From Acidobacteriota bacterium (GTDB taxonomy: Bacteria > Acidobacteriota > UBA890 > WLXD01), in NCBI GenBank assembly GCA_965205505.1, contig CBDBHB010000009.1, forward strand, positions 544,001 through 608,000: a stretch of DNA of 64,000 bases, read 5' to 3'. This document shows positions 19,161 through 28,918 of the stretch, in pieces. Both the position numbers and the translations under genes were made by a program. The first letter of the stretch is position 1; each line of letters starts with the position of its first letter. Under the pieces are notes generated by a model. The model saw only the letters and a list, made by a program, of their open reading frames with translations. It was not told where the DNA came from and did no database searches.

Positions 19161-20822
19161 CTAAATGTGTGTGGCGGCCGTGGGGCCGGATCGCCTACGG
19201 CCGGCGAAGAAGCCCACCACTCCTGGCACCAGCGCCAGCCCGATGATGGCCAGTCCACTTATCAGATAGGTCGAGTTGCCGCTCGTGACCAACGGAATCC
19301 CGAGCGCCACCGCGTCGATCACATAGTGGGCAACAATGCATGTCACCAGGCCATAGTGCAGGAACGCGATCCCGAAGAGGACGCCCGCGATAGTCAACTC
19401 GATGCCGCGGATGTATACCGGAAACACCGGGTATGTCGAGTGGCCGAAGGCCCAGATTGCAGCAGGGACGATCAACGCCACGGTGGTCGACCCCGATAGC
19501 TTCTTAAACAGTGAGATCCCGAACAGGCGGTAGATGGTTTCCTCGGAGATCGCGGCAACGAGAGAGATGGTCAGCGGTGTGAGAAACGGGAACAGGTTGT
19601 TGAAGATCTCCGAGTAGGGGCCCTCGGCGGGTAGCCAAGCGCCCATGTAGCGTTGTGCAAACCAGTAGAAGCCGGTGAGGAAGCCGAGCAGCGCGGCCGC
19701 CAGCGCATAGCCGCGTAGCGCCGCCGCGCTGAATTCTCTACTAAAGAGTTTTCCGCGGGCCGTGGCGGCGAGCCCACGGACGCTGTCGGGGAAGTGGTCG
19801 CGTGCCATCGACTCACCTGCCGCAGCGCAGAACACGATTGGCACGAAATAGATTAGTAGACCGAGCACAAGTAACCCGATCGCACCGACGCCAACGTAGA
19901 CAGGGAACGAGATTTGTGTTTGGTACGCGAATGCAAACATTGGCCAGGTGGTGGCCATGGCTGCCCAGAACGCGACCGTCACCACGCCGGCAAACACGAC
20001 GGAAAGGCGCCAATCGATGGCATCCGTACGGAAGCGACGAATTGCGATGAAACCGGCCGCGACGGCCATCGCAATCATGAGCCCGATGGCACCAAGCGCC
20101 AGGAACTGACCGACGCTCAGTGTTCTTTGCAGTTCCCGCGAAAACTGTTCCGGAACGCGAACCGTACGCACATAGCCCCCGATCTCATCTCCGAGTACCC
20201 GAATAGATACACGCGAGTAGCCAGTGCCAACGTCGGAGCCGTCTTCCTTCCATACGATGTCGGTACCGCTGACCTTCCATACAAAGAGATGGTCAGTGCG
20301 ATTGTCTTTCCTGTCGGCAGAGGAGGACACCGCCTCGAGTTGCGATAGATTCCACTCGTGCTCTCCGAGGAAGGCCTCAGCAATGCTGCGTGCCGTGCTC
20401 TCGTCGAGATCGGCCCCGGGAGCCGCTTCCTCGACGATGTGGCGAAAGCCCACGAGCTCACCATCAACTCCGACTTCCGCGAGCCATTCCTCGGTCTCGA
20501 GTGGCTTGAACCAGCGCACATTCCACAACCAGATCGGGACTTCCTCCCTGGCCCAGCGTCCGGCTTCGTCGTCACCCACGGTGCGCTGAAGGAAGATCAG
20601 CGCCTCGCTCTCGCCCGAGAAGATCGCCGCGTGTCGGAAATCGCTTAGCTCGGCGCCCAGTCCCTCGACAAACTCGGTGGCCTTGGCTACAGCTTCTTCG
20701 CGAGTGACCTGCATCTCTACCAGCGCCAGCGGGAACGCCGACTGATAGAGCGAGACGACCACCGCCAAACCGACCACGCCGAGGACGGTCAGCACGAGAT
20801 CGGAGCGGCTGAGCTTCAGCAT
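19161..20822 (-). CDS. CPBP (type II CAAX/Abi) intramembrane metalloprotease with a large periplasmic domain
   Basis: EETIYR, FGH and AHYVID motifs; many TM helices. Confidence 0.85.
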   Translation of the reverse strand: MLKLSRSDLVLTVLGVVGLAVVVSLYQSAFPLALVEMQVTREEAVAKATEFVEGLGAELSDFRHAAIFSGESEALIFLQRTVGDDEAGRWAREEVPIWLWNVRWFKPLETEEWLAEVGVDGELVGFRHIVEEAAPGADLDESTARSIAEAFLGEHEWNLSQLEAVSSSADRKDNRTDHLFVWKVSGTDIVWKEDGSDVGTGYSRVSIRVLGDEIGGYVRTVRVPEQFSRELQRTLSVGQFLALGAIGLMIAMAVAAGFIAIRRFRTDAIDWRLSVVFAGVVTVAFWAAMATTWPMFAFAYQTQISFPVYVGVGAIGLLVLGLLIYFVPIVFCAAAGESMARDHFPDSVRGLAATARGKLFSREFSAAALRGYALAAALLGFLTGFYWFAQRYMGAWLPAEGPYSEIFNNLFPFLTPLTISLVAAISEETIYRLFGISLFKKLSGSTTVALIVPAAIWAFGHSTYPVFPVYIRGIELTIAGVLFGIAFLHYGLVTCIVAHYVIDAVALGIPLVTSGNSTYLISGLAIIGLALVPGVVGFFAGRRRSGPTAATHI

Positions 20823-20927
20823 CGTTTACTCCGGCGGAAAACAAGAACGCTCGCTACGGATTTTGGCTACCGACAGAGAATAGCCTGGCCCCCCCGTCGG
20901 GCCGAAGCCCTTAGCGGGGTCAGGCCA

Positions 20928-21782
20928 CTAGCCGCCACCGGGGGCGCGGGTCATTTGGAACGCCGGCGCTATCAACGCCGCCACCACGTAGACGGCCCCG
21001 ATCACCGCTACGGTCACCAGCAGGTTACGTCGATCGATGGGCTCGCTGCTCTCCCAGCGGAACAGACGACTATTGGCCCAGATGCCGACGCCCATGGTCG
21101 CAAAAAGCACGGCGATGGGGCCCGCCAGCTCGGGCAATCCATATCCTCTGACCATCACGCCGTGGAGCGACTCGACAAGGTAGCTCGAGGGGATGAGCCG
21201 CGATGCTGTTTGCGCCCACTCTGGAAGCATGAAGGCGGGCAATGCGGCACCCGATCCGAACACCAGGGGAAAGAACAGCAGGTTGGTGATGGCGGGAGCG
21301 CTGCGCATGTCCTGCGCCACGCTGCCGACAAATAGCCCCAGCGGCACGAACGCCGCCGCGCCGATCAACAGCACCAACACGGTGAGCAACAGCGAGCCGT
21401 CGACTTGATAGCGGAACACCAGCCAACCCACGGTCGCCTGCGTGGCGATGGCCAACGACATGGTGACAACGGCCCGAATGCCGTTCGCTAACACGATCGT
21501 CGTAGGCGATACCGGTGTGGCGCGATAGCGTCGTAGGATGCCGGACTCGCGTTCCTTCACCATCAAGTACGAGACGCCGAAAAACGCTCCTGACATGATG
21601 GTGATGGTGAACAAACCCGGCATCATCAGCACCTTGTCTCCGACGCTGCGGAAGAAGATGAAGCCGTAGAGGAAGAGCCAGATGAGCGGGAACAGGAGGT
21701 TCCAGAACAGCGAGGTCGGTGAGCGGAAAGCCTGCAGCAGCCCGGCGTGCGTAAGCGGGCCCAATCCGCGCAAGTAGCTCAC
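20928..21782 (-). CDS. ABC-2 type exporter permease
   Basis: ERESGILRRYRATP motif; 6-7 TM helices. Confidence 0.9.
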   Translation of the reverse strand: MSYLRGLGPLTHAGLLQAFRSPTSLFWNLLFPLIWLFLYGFIFFRSVGDKVLMMPGLFTITIMSGAFFGVSYLMVKERESGILRRYRATPVSPTTIVLANGIRAVVTMSLAIATQATVGWLVFRYQVDGSLLLTVLVLLIGAAAFVPLGLFVGSVAQDMRSAPAITNLLFFPLVFGSGAALPAFMLPEWAQTASRLIPSSYLVESLHGVMVRGYGLPELAGPIAVLFATMGVGIWANSRLFRWESSEPIDRRNLLVTVAVIGAVYVVAALIAPAFQMTRAPGGG

Positions 21783-22711
21783 GGCAAGACCTCCTCCGCG
21801 CGCTCTTCTTTGATGTCGCCTCCCATCAGCTCCAGATAGACGTCCTCAAGCGTTGGGCGCTTGAGCCGGAGGTCGATCAATCGCAGGCGCTGCGATCTCA
21901 GCATGTCGCCCAGGGCCAGAATCGTGGCGGTAGGATCGCCGGTCGAGAACTTGTGATGAACGCCCTGCTGCCCGAGTGCCTCCACGCCGGCGGCCAACAT
22001 CGGTGCAGGATCCATGGTGCCGTCCACCTGGATCCAGATAGTAGAGGATTCCTTCGACTTGCCGACCAGATCAAAGGGTGTGCCGTCGGCCACGATCTCG
22101 CCCTGTCGCAGCATGATGACGCGATCGCACAGGTGCTCGGCCTCCTCGATGTAATGCGTGGTCAGCAGGGTGGTACGCCCCTGGTCACGCAGCTCTCGAA
22201 CAATCTGGTGCAGGTCTCGGCGCGCTTTCGGATCGAGACCTGTCGTGGGCTCGTCGAGCATCACCAGCTCGGGGTCATGGATGAGCGCGATGCCGACCAC
22301 CAGCCGTTGCTTCTGGCCGCCCGACAGGGTGTCGGCCTTCTGGCCGGCCAGCCCCTCGAGGTCAACTCGCTCGAGGATGGCATCCGCAGATTGCGCCGAC
22401 TCGTAGAACGACGCGAACAGCCGGAGCACCTCGCGCACCGTGAGCTCCGTCGGCAGCGCCGTAGTTTGCAGCTGTACCCCGAGTCGCTCCTTCAGCTTGC
22501 GGCTCTGTGTCGCGGGATCGAGTCCGAGCACCGAGACGCTGCCCGACGTCGGCTGCCGGAGCCCCTCGAAGATCTCCACGAGCGTCGTCTTGCCGGCGCC
22601 ATTGGGACCCAAGATCCCCACCACCCCGCCGCTGTCGATGTCGAGATCAATGCCACGGAGCGCTGCCGTCGAGCCGTACTCTTTCCGCAGCCCTGCTGCC
22701 TGGATCACCAT
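21779..22711 (-). CDS. ABC exporter ATP-binding protein
   Basis: GPNGAGKTT, LSGGQ, LDEPTTGLDP. Confidence 0.95.
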   Translation of the reverse strand: MVIQAAGLRKEYGSTAALRGIDLDIDSGGVVGILGPNGAGKTTLVEIFEGLRQPTSGSVSVLGLDPATQSRKLKERLGVQLQTTALPTELTVREVLRLFASFYESAQSADAILERVDLEGLAGQKADTLSGGQKQRLVVGIALIHDPELVMLDEPTTGLDPKARRDLHQIVRELRDQGRTTLLTTHYIEEAEHLCDRVIMLRQGEIVADGTPFDLVGKSKESSTIWIQVDGTMDPAPMLAAGVEALGQQGVHHKFSTGDPTATILALGDMLRSQRLRLIDLRLKRPTLEDVYLELMGGDIKEERAEEVLP

Positions 22712-22718
22712 GCGTGGG

Positions 22719-23987
22719 TCAGCGTGTCGCCGTGCTCGATGTCGACCGTGGTGCCACCAACACCGGAAAACCGGCGTCTCTGAGCGCCAGATAAATACCG
22801 CCGATTCCGAGAATGATCGCCACCATCCGGATCAAGAAACCGACGTAGGGGATCGCCGCGACGAGGACGAGCAGCAGCAAGCCCACGGCGAGCGAAAGGT
22901 ACTCTGACGAGCCCTCTCGGCCCAGGCGGCTCAGCAACCAGTCGCCGACGAACTGCGCCGCTACCAATCGCGCGATGAACGCGCCGAGCCCGAATAGCAG
23001 TAGCCCGACGACGCCCAAGGGCAGGGTTACGATGAGGGCGATAGCGACAAGACACGCGCCCGGGAAGACCACCGCCACTACGAAGCCGAAACCGAGCCCC
23101 GGCGCCGGGTTGTTGCGCAAGCTCGTTGCCGGCGCACGCGCCGCGGGGCCGCCCAACAGCAGAAATACGGCGCCGACGATCAGGTTGCTCAGATACGTCC
23201 AGGCCGTCCAGGCGATGCCCCAGAAGCTGAAGCGCGCCACCTCGTCGGCCTCTGCGTCATCGGAGTCTACCTCGCGGTTCCAGCTCAGCGCGCCGCCGAT
23301 CTGCGCCGTGTCGGCGATCTCGGCCTCCTCGTTCGACTCGTAGGTGACGTCGCCGTGGACGATGGCGGATTCCGCCAGCGCCAGCTTGCCGACCTCCATG
23401 TCGATGGCGTACGCAGTGCCGCCGATGTTGGCACTGCCGGCGCTGCCGAGAATTGCTCCGTGCACCATTCCGTCCAAGTTGATCGAGCCGCAGAAACAAA
23501 TCACGTTGCCATGGATGATCGCGCCCTCGAGGATCGAGACGCCGCCAGTGCCCACGTAAAGATCGCCGTCGATTTCTCCCGACACCATGACGCCTCCTGC
23601 CCACGCGAAGACGTCGCCCTCGACGTGTCCGGAGACGGTGCCCGTTTGTGCACCGAAGAAGGCGTTGTGCCCGACACGTCCGGCCAAGGTGACACTTTGG
23701 CCCCACAGAAAGATGTCGCCGCCGACGTCGCGGACGCGCTCGCTCAGCACGCTGGCGAACCGCGGTCGTTCCGGGGGCTCGACGGCCGCTGCCGCAGGTG
23801 CTTGCGCTACGGAGGTCGCGGCCGGCGGCTCCGTGGGGTCCTGTGCCGGCAACGGAGCGGTTGTCGCGGCGGCACCCTCCTCGATCCCGGCCGCCATCGG
23901 TGCCAGCCACAGAAACATGCCGACGCATACGAGGCACACGGTGGTCGAAGCGGCGGCGGGGATCCTCAGCCGAGTGGCGATTCTCAT
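22719..23987 (-). CDS. membrane protein with bactofilin-like (polymer-forming) beta-helix repeats
   Basis: Signal/anchor, repeated (V/I)xGx(V/I)xGD/N units, C-terminal TM bundle ending IPYVGFL. Confidence 0.8.
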   Translation of the reverse strand: MRIATRLRIPAAASTTVCLVCVGMFLWLAPMAAGIEEGAAATTAPLPAQDPTEPPAATSVAQAPAAAAVEPPERPRFASVLSERVRDVGGDIFLWGQSVTLAGRVGHNAFFGAQTGTVSGHVEGDVFAWAGGVMVSGEIDGDLYVGTGGVSILEGAIIHGNVICFCGSINLDGMVHGAILGSAGSANIGGTAYAIDMEVGKLALAESAIVHGDVTYESNEEAEIADTAQIGGALSWNREVDSDDAEADEVARFSFWGIAWTAWTYLSNLIVGAVFLLLGGPAARAPATSLRNNPAPGLGFGFVVAVVFPGACLVAIALIVTLPLGVVGLLLFGLGAFIARLVAAQFVGDWLLSRLGREGSSEYLSLAVGLLLLVLVAAIPYVGFLIRMVAIILGIGGIYLALRDAGFPVLVAPRSTSSTATR

Positions 23988-24150
23988 GCGTAGTTTCCGA
24001 CGTTCTGCAGGCAACGTAGCAGGGCAGTCTGCAGTATCGCAGCCTCGTGGGGACACGCCCACGGAATGAAGCGGAATGGCCGGGTGGCCGTGCCACTGGT
24101 CGATAGCATCGTTCGAGTGGCCACCCCGGTGGCGGCTGCCGCGGTTGTAG

Positions 24151-24924
24151 CTACCATCCGAGCAGCTCGCGCAGCTGGCGCGCGCGGCGCCGCGACACGT
24201 GAACCTGGATGCCGACCGCCGGCCGCAACACGGCGGTATAGGTGGCCGAGAACATGGGCGCCAGGTGATCGACCCACTCCAGGTTGACGATTGCGGCGCG
24301 AGAGACGCGAACGAAGGGCGGCGAGGGCAGCCGCTCCTCGGCCTCGTGGAGCGCCTGCTTGAGGCGGTAGCGTCCCTGTGGCGTGTCGACCCAGGTGATG
24401 GTGTCCTCAACGCTCACACAAGCGATGTCCTCGAGCTGGAGGTTGACGATCTTGCCGGCTCGATGACCTGCCAGATGGCCACTCACGCGGCGGGTGTCTT
24501 CTGGCGTCGGGGTTGGCGTTGCCGCCTGATCTAGCGGCGGGCGCCGCTGCCACAGCCCCTGTCGCACGCGCCTCAATGCTCGCGACAACTGCTCGCGATC
24601 GATCGGCTTGACAAGATAGTCGGTACCTTCGAGGGCGAAGGCGTCGACGGCGTGTTCCTCGTAGGCCGTCGTAAAGACGGCCAGCGGTCGCACCCTCTCG
24701 GGAAGATGCTCGTGCAGCGCGCGCAAGGTCTCTAGACCGTCCTTGTCGGGCATGCGGACGTCGAGAAAGACTACGTCGGGACGTTTCTCGAGCACCACCT
24801 TGATCGCTTCGGTGCCGCTTGCGGCCACCCCGACGAGCTCGACGTCGCTGTGCTCCGCAAGCAGGCGTTTCAGGCGGCGGCGAGCGAGCGGCTCATCGTC
24901 GACAGTTACGACGCGGATGTTCAT
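24151..24924 (-). CDS. LytTR-family response regulator
   Basis: DDEPLAR, FLDVRMP, FTTAY, DYLVKP; FVRVSRAAIVN LytTR motif. Confidence 0.93.
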   Translation of the reverse strand: MNIRVVTVDDEPLARRRLKRLLAEHSDVELVGVAASGTEAIKVVLEKRPDVVFLDVRMPDKDGLETLRALHEHLPERVRPLAVFTTAYEEHAVDAFALEGTDYLVKPIDREQLSRALRRVRQGLWQRRPPLDQAATPTPTPEDTRRVSGHLAGHRAGKIVNLQLEDIACVSVEDTITWVDTPQGRYRLKQALHEAEERLPSPPFVRVSRAAIVNLEWVDHLAPMFSATYTAVLRPAVGIQVHVSRRRARQLRELLGW

Positions 24925-26021
24925 GACGGTATCCTCATCTCGATTCGTGTGCCGGGGTTGAGCTCGGCGGCAACCAGCGTGGCAGCGCCGCGATAACGCA
25001 GCGCGAGGCGTTGCAGGACGTTGGCCAGGCCGCCGCCGGCGCCACCCGTTCCCCGGCTCAGCTCGACGGCCGCTAGCGACGAGTCGTCGGCGCTGATCGC
25101 CAGACGGCGTTGCAGCTCAGCTGGCAGTCCAGGTCCGTCGTCCTCGACGCGCACAACCAGTGTCTCGGTGGTGCACTCCACCTTGATGCGCACGGTACCT
25201 CCCTCGGCGCGCGTTGCCACCGCGTGTTGCACCGCGTTCTCCACCAGCGGTTGCAGCACCAATCCCGGAATGCTGCGCTGCAGAGCCGCCGGGTCGACGT
25301 CCTGCTCGAATCGCAGGCGCTCTCCGAGGCGCGCTTTCTCGACTCGAATGTAGTGGCCAACCGGCTCGAGCTCCCGAAACAGCGGCACGGTGCCCTCGGC
25401 GGACGAGCGCAGCGTATAGCGCAACAGATGCGCCAAGTCGCCGACCAGCTGCTCGGCAACGGCGGGTTCATCGTGGGTCAGCTCGGCGAGCGCATTGAAG
25501 GCGTTGAACAGGAAATGCGGGTTGATCTGCGCCTGCAGCGCTTTGAGGCGCGCGTGCAGCGCCGCCTCTCGCATCGCTGCCTCGCGCGAGCGGGCGGCCT
25601 CGATCTCTCGTCGCATGCGCGCGTGAGAGTAAATCACGCCGGCCAGTCCCAGGCCGAGGACCACGGCCAGAGCCGGCAAGGTAACGGCTTCCCGCCAGCG
25701 AAGCAGCCAATATGAGGGCGGTTCGCGTACCAGCGTCGCCCAGCTGGTAACGATGGTCCCGAGCAAGATCAGCGCCTTGTCTAGGGGGTTGCGAAGGTAG
25801 GCGGGAAAGCTCGCGTAGCTCGGCTCGACGAGACGACGAAAGACGATCCCGCTGAGCCCACCGCAAAGCAGGGCCCATCTCGGCTCCCAGGCGCCGTGGA
25901 GATACCAGAGCAGCAGCAACGACACCATCGCTCCGCCGAGAGCAGCGGCGAGGTCCGAGACCACACCGCGGATGCCGCGTCGGTGCGCCGGTCGCTCCGG
26001 CGCGGCTGTCTCGGTACTCAA
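24921..26021 (-). CDS. LytS/YehU-family sensor histidine kinase
   Basis: LQAQINPHFLFN, LQPLVENAV.H, VEDDGPG. Confidence 0.93.
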   Translation of the reverse strand: MSTETAAPERPAHRRGIRGVVSDLAAALGGAMVSLLLLWYLHGAWEPRWALLCGGLSGIVFRRLVEPSYASFPAYLRNPLDKALILLGTIVTSWATLVREPPSYWLLRWREAVTLPALAVVLGLGLAGVIYSHARMRREIEAARSREAAMREAALHARLKALQAQINPHFLFNAFNALAELTHDEPAVAEQLVGDLAHLLRYTLRSSAEGTVPLFRELEPVGHYIRVEKARLGERLRFEQDVDPAALQRSIPGLVLQPLVENAVQHAVATRAEGGTVRIKVECTTETLVVRVEDDGPGLPAELQRRLAISADDSSLAAVELSRGTGGAGGGLANVLQRLALRYRGAATLVAAELNPGTRIEMRIPS

Positions 26022-27192
26022 GTGGTGAGCTCGAGCGGTCGTACGACGAGCAGCGTTAGGTCGTCGGCCTGCTCCGCATCGGGTCCGGTGTGGCCATGGA
26101 GCGCGTCGAGCACCGCAGCGCTGATGTCGGCTGCGGTACCATGGCGGTGGGCTCGTGTCACCTGCTCCAGGCGCCCCTCGCCGAACTCCTCGGCGCGGCC
26201 GTCGACAGCCTCGGTGACGCCGTCGGTATATATCAACAGGATCTCATCGAGCTCCATGGTGCGCTCTTGTAGCTCGTACTCGCTGTTGGCGAACAGCCCC
26301 AGCGGTAGCCCACCGCCGAACAACCGGTGCGCCGCGGCTGGGCCGATGATCAGCGGGGGGTTGTGGCCGGCGTTCACGTAGCGCAAGGTTCCACCCGGTG
26401 TCAGATGCCCGACGAAGAAGGTCGCGTGCCGTTCGGGTGCCGTGCGCTCGACCAGGAATCGGTTCACGAGGCGGCAGATTTCGGCGAGGTCGTCATGCAC
26501 CGAGTGGGCGGCAAGAAACGCGGATTGTAGCGATGACATGAGCAACGCGGCAGGCACACCCTTGCCGGACACGTCACCCACGGCGAAACAGATGCCGTGA
26601 TCGCCGCGGTCGAGAACCTCGTAGTAGTCGCCACCCACCTGCCGCGAGGCGATGTTGACCGCATGCGTCTCTACCCACGACCGGGTCGGCACTCGTCCGC
26701 GCAGCAAGCTTTGCTGAATTCGACTGGCGATCTGAAGGTCGTCCTCCAGCTGCTGCTTGGCCTCGATCTCCCGCTCCAGGCGCCGGTAGGTATAGATCAA
26801 CGACGCCACCCCGAGGCCTACGCTCACACCCAATACCGGCAGGGTGATCGCCTCGCGCCAGCGCAGCAGCCAGTACGATGCCGGCTCGCGAGCGAGCGTG
26901 GCCCAGGTGGCAAACACCGTCCCCAGCGTGATTACCCCGGCGCTCAGCAGACGTCGCACGTAGGGGGGAACGTCGAGTAGCTGGGGCGCACGAACCGTCG
27001 CGTCGCCACGCCGCCCAGGCCGTCGCAGACAAGCGCCCAGATCCAACCCGGATGTCGCTCGCCGTGCAGATAGAGCAGGAGGACGTATGCTAGCAGCGTG
27101 CCGATGGTGGCCGCCAGCAGGTCGGCAGCGAGACGCCGCCCGATGGCCGGGTCGGAGGCTGATTCGCCGATTGACGCCGATACGGTCGTCAT
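26018..27192 (-). CDS. membrane-anchored SpoIIE/PP2C Ser/Thr phosphatase with one frameshift near 26965
   Basis: VGGDYY, GDVSGKG, NAGHNPP, YTDGVTEA, DDLT. The N-terminal TM part lies in another frame and joins if the G6 run at 26963-26968 were G7. Confidence 0.85.
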
Positions 27193-27224
27193 CTGGCGGC
27201 GATCCGTGGATCCCGCGGTGCGGT

Positions 27225-27794
27225 TCAATTCGCCCGCGTCAAGTACTCGCCGGTGCTCGTATCGACCCGAACACGGTCGCCCTGGTTGATGAACGGAGGA
27301 ACCTGGATCACCAGACCAGTCTCTAACGTCGCCGGTTTCGTCTGCGCCGCGGCGGTGGCGCCCTTGATGGCCGGATCCGTCTGCGTGACCTCCATCTCGA
27401 CGGTACCCGGCAGCTCGACCCCGAGGGCCTCTGTACCCACGAAGGTGACTTTGACCTCGGTGTTCGCCAGCAAGTAGGGCAGCTCCTCCTGGAGCTTGTC
27501 AGCGGTCATGCCGGACTGCTCGTAGGTCTCAAGGTCCTGGTCCATGAAAGTGTAGAGATCGCCGTCCAAGAAAAGGTATTGCATGGTGCGCCGGTCAACG
27601 TGTGCCGTTTCCAACGTCTCGGCCGAGCGGAAGCGTTTGTCGATCAGCGTCCCAGTGCGCATGTTGCGCAGCTTCGTCTGCATCACCGCTTGACCTTTCC
27701 CCGGTGTGACGTGGGTGAACCCCTGGACACGTAGCAGCTCACCGTCGACTTCCAGGACCATGCCTCGCTTGATCTTTGTAGCCGAAATGCCCAA
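27225..27794 (-). CDS. efp: elongation factor P
   Basis: HVTPGKGQA loop, KPATLETG, VPPFI..GD.V.VDT..GEY; TTG start after a CAGGAG RBS. Confidence 0.95.
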   Translation of the reverse strand: MGISATKIKRGMVLEVDGELLRVQGFTHVTPGKGQAVMQTKLRNMRTGTLIDKRFRSAETLETAHVDRRTMQYLFLDGDLYTFMDQDLETYEQSGMTADKLQEELPYLLANTEVKVTFVGTEALGVELPGTVEMEVTQTDPAIKGATAAAQTKPATLETGLVIQVPPFINQGDRVRVDTSTGEYLTRAN

Positions 27795-27928
27795 ACGATG
27801 GCTCTCCTGGTGAGGTGACTGGCCGTCTGGTGCCCACTGTAGGCTCGACGCCCTCCGCGGCCGCCCGGGTTCCCCAGAGCGTACCGTGCGTCCGAGGGGA
27901 TTTCGACCGCCGCTGCGGTGCCGCGACT

Positions 27929-28852
27929 TCAGCCGAACAGGTGGCGCAAGAAGAAACCGATGTTGGCGGGGCGCTCCGCCAATCGCCGCATGAACCACGG
28001 ATACCAGCTCGGGCCATAGCTCACGTAGACGCGCACCGAGTAGCCGTCGTCAACGAGCTGGCGCTGTAGCTGACGCCCGATGCCATACAGCATCTGGAAT
28101 TCCCAGCCGTCGAGCTTCAGCCGGTCGATGAGCTCGCGGGCATGGGCCACGAGCGCGCCGTCGTGCGAGGCGACCGCCACGCATACGCCGTTGCCCCGTG
28201 CGTCATCCTGCGCCAGTCGATCGAGGATACGAGCGTAGTTGTGGTCGACGTCGCGCTTGGAGGCAAACGCCACATGTTCGGGCTCGTTGTAGGCACCCTT
28301 GACGATTCGCAGCGGAGTTCCGGTTCGTACCAACGCCTCGACGTCGTCCTCGGTGCGCAGCAAGTAGCTTTGCAGGACGAGTCCGAAGTTGTTGAAGCGA
28401 CGTCGCAGGATCTGATAGATGGACAGCGTAGCCTCGACGTACTCAGATGCTTCCATGTCGATACGCACGAAGTTGCCGTGCTCGGCTGCCTTCGACAGCA
28501 CGCGCTCGAGATTGGCGGTCGCCAGCTCAGTTTCCAGGTCGAGGCCCAGGAGCGTGAGCTTGACGGAGATATTGCAATCTAGCCGCTCGCCAGCAACCCG
28601 CTCCAGGATCTCGATGTACGCATCGGTCGCAGCGGTTGCTTCCTTGGGGCCGGCCACAGTCTCTCCGAGCGGGTTCAGCGTTGCCATCATGCCGTTGTTG
28701 TTGAGTTGCCGAGCTGCCGCGAGCGCCTCTTCGAGAGTCTCGCCAGGGACGAAGCGGGCGACAACGCGATGGGTGACCGACCATCCGGTTAGCAGCCGTT
28801 TCCAGGTCGGGGAGTCAGCCATCCCGAGCAGCAGCAGGCGAATGGGGTTCAT
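27929..28852 (-). CDS. monofunctional proline dehydrogenase
   Basis: SVKLT.LG, VRIDME, RIVKGAY, ASHD, EFQMLYG, RRLAERPAN. Confidence 0.92.
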   Translation of the reverse strand: MNPIRLLLLGMADSPTWKRLLTGWSVTHRVVARFVPGETLEEALAAARQLNNNGMMATLNPLGETVAGPKEATAATDAYIEILERVAGERLDCNISVKLTLLGLDLETELATANLERVLSKAAEHGNFVRIDMEASEYVEATLSIYQILRRRFNNFGLVLQSYLLRTEDDVEALVRTGTPLRIVKGAYNEPEHVAFASKRDVDHNYARILDRLAQDDARGNGVCVAVASHDGALVAHARELIDRLKLDGWEFQMLYGIGRQLQRQLVDDGYSVRVYVSYGPSWYPWFMRRLAERPANIGFFLRHLFG

Positions 28853-28918
28853 GCGCTGATCATACCTCTGTGATGGCGACCGCCTGATCGATGCTGACAG
28901 TGCCGGGGGCATGGTTAA

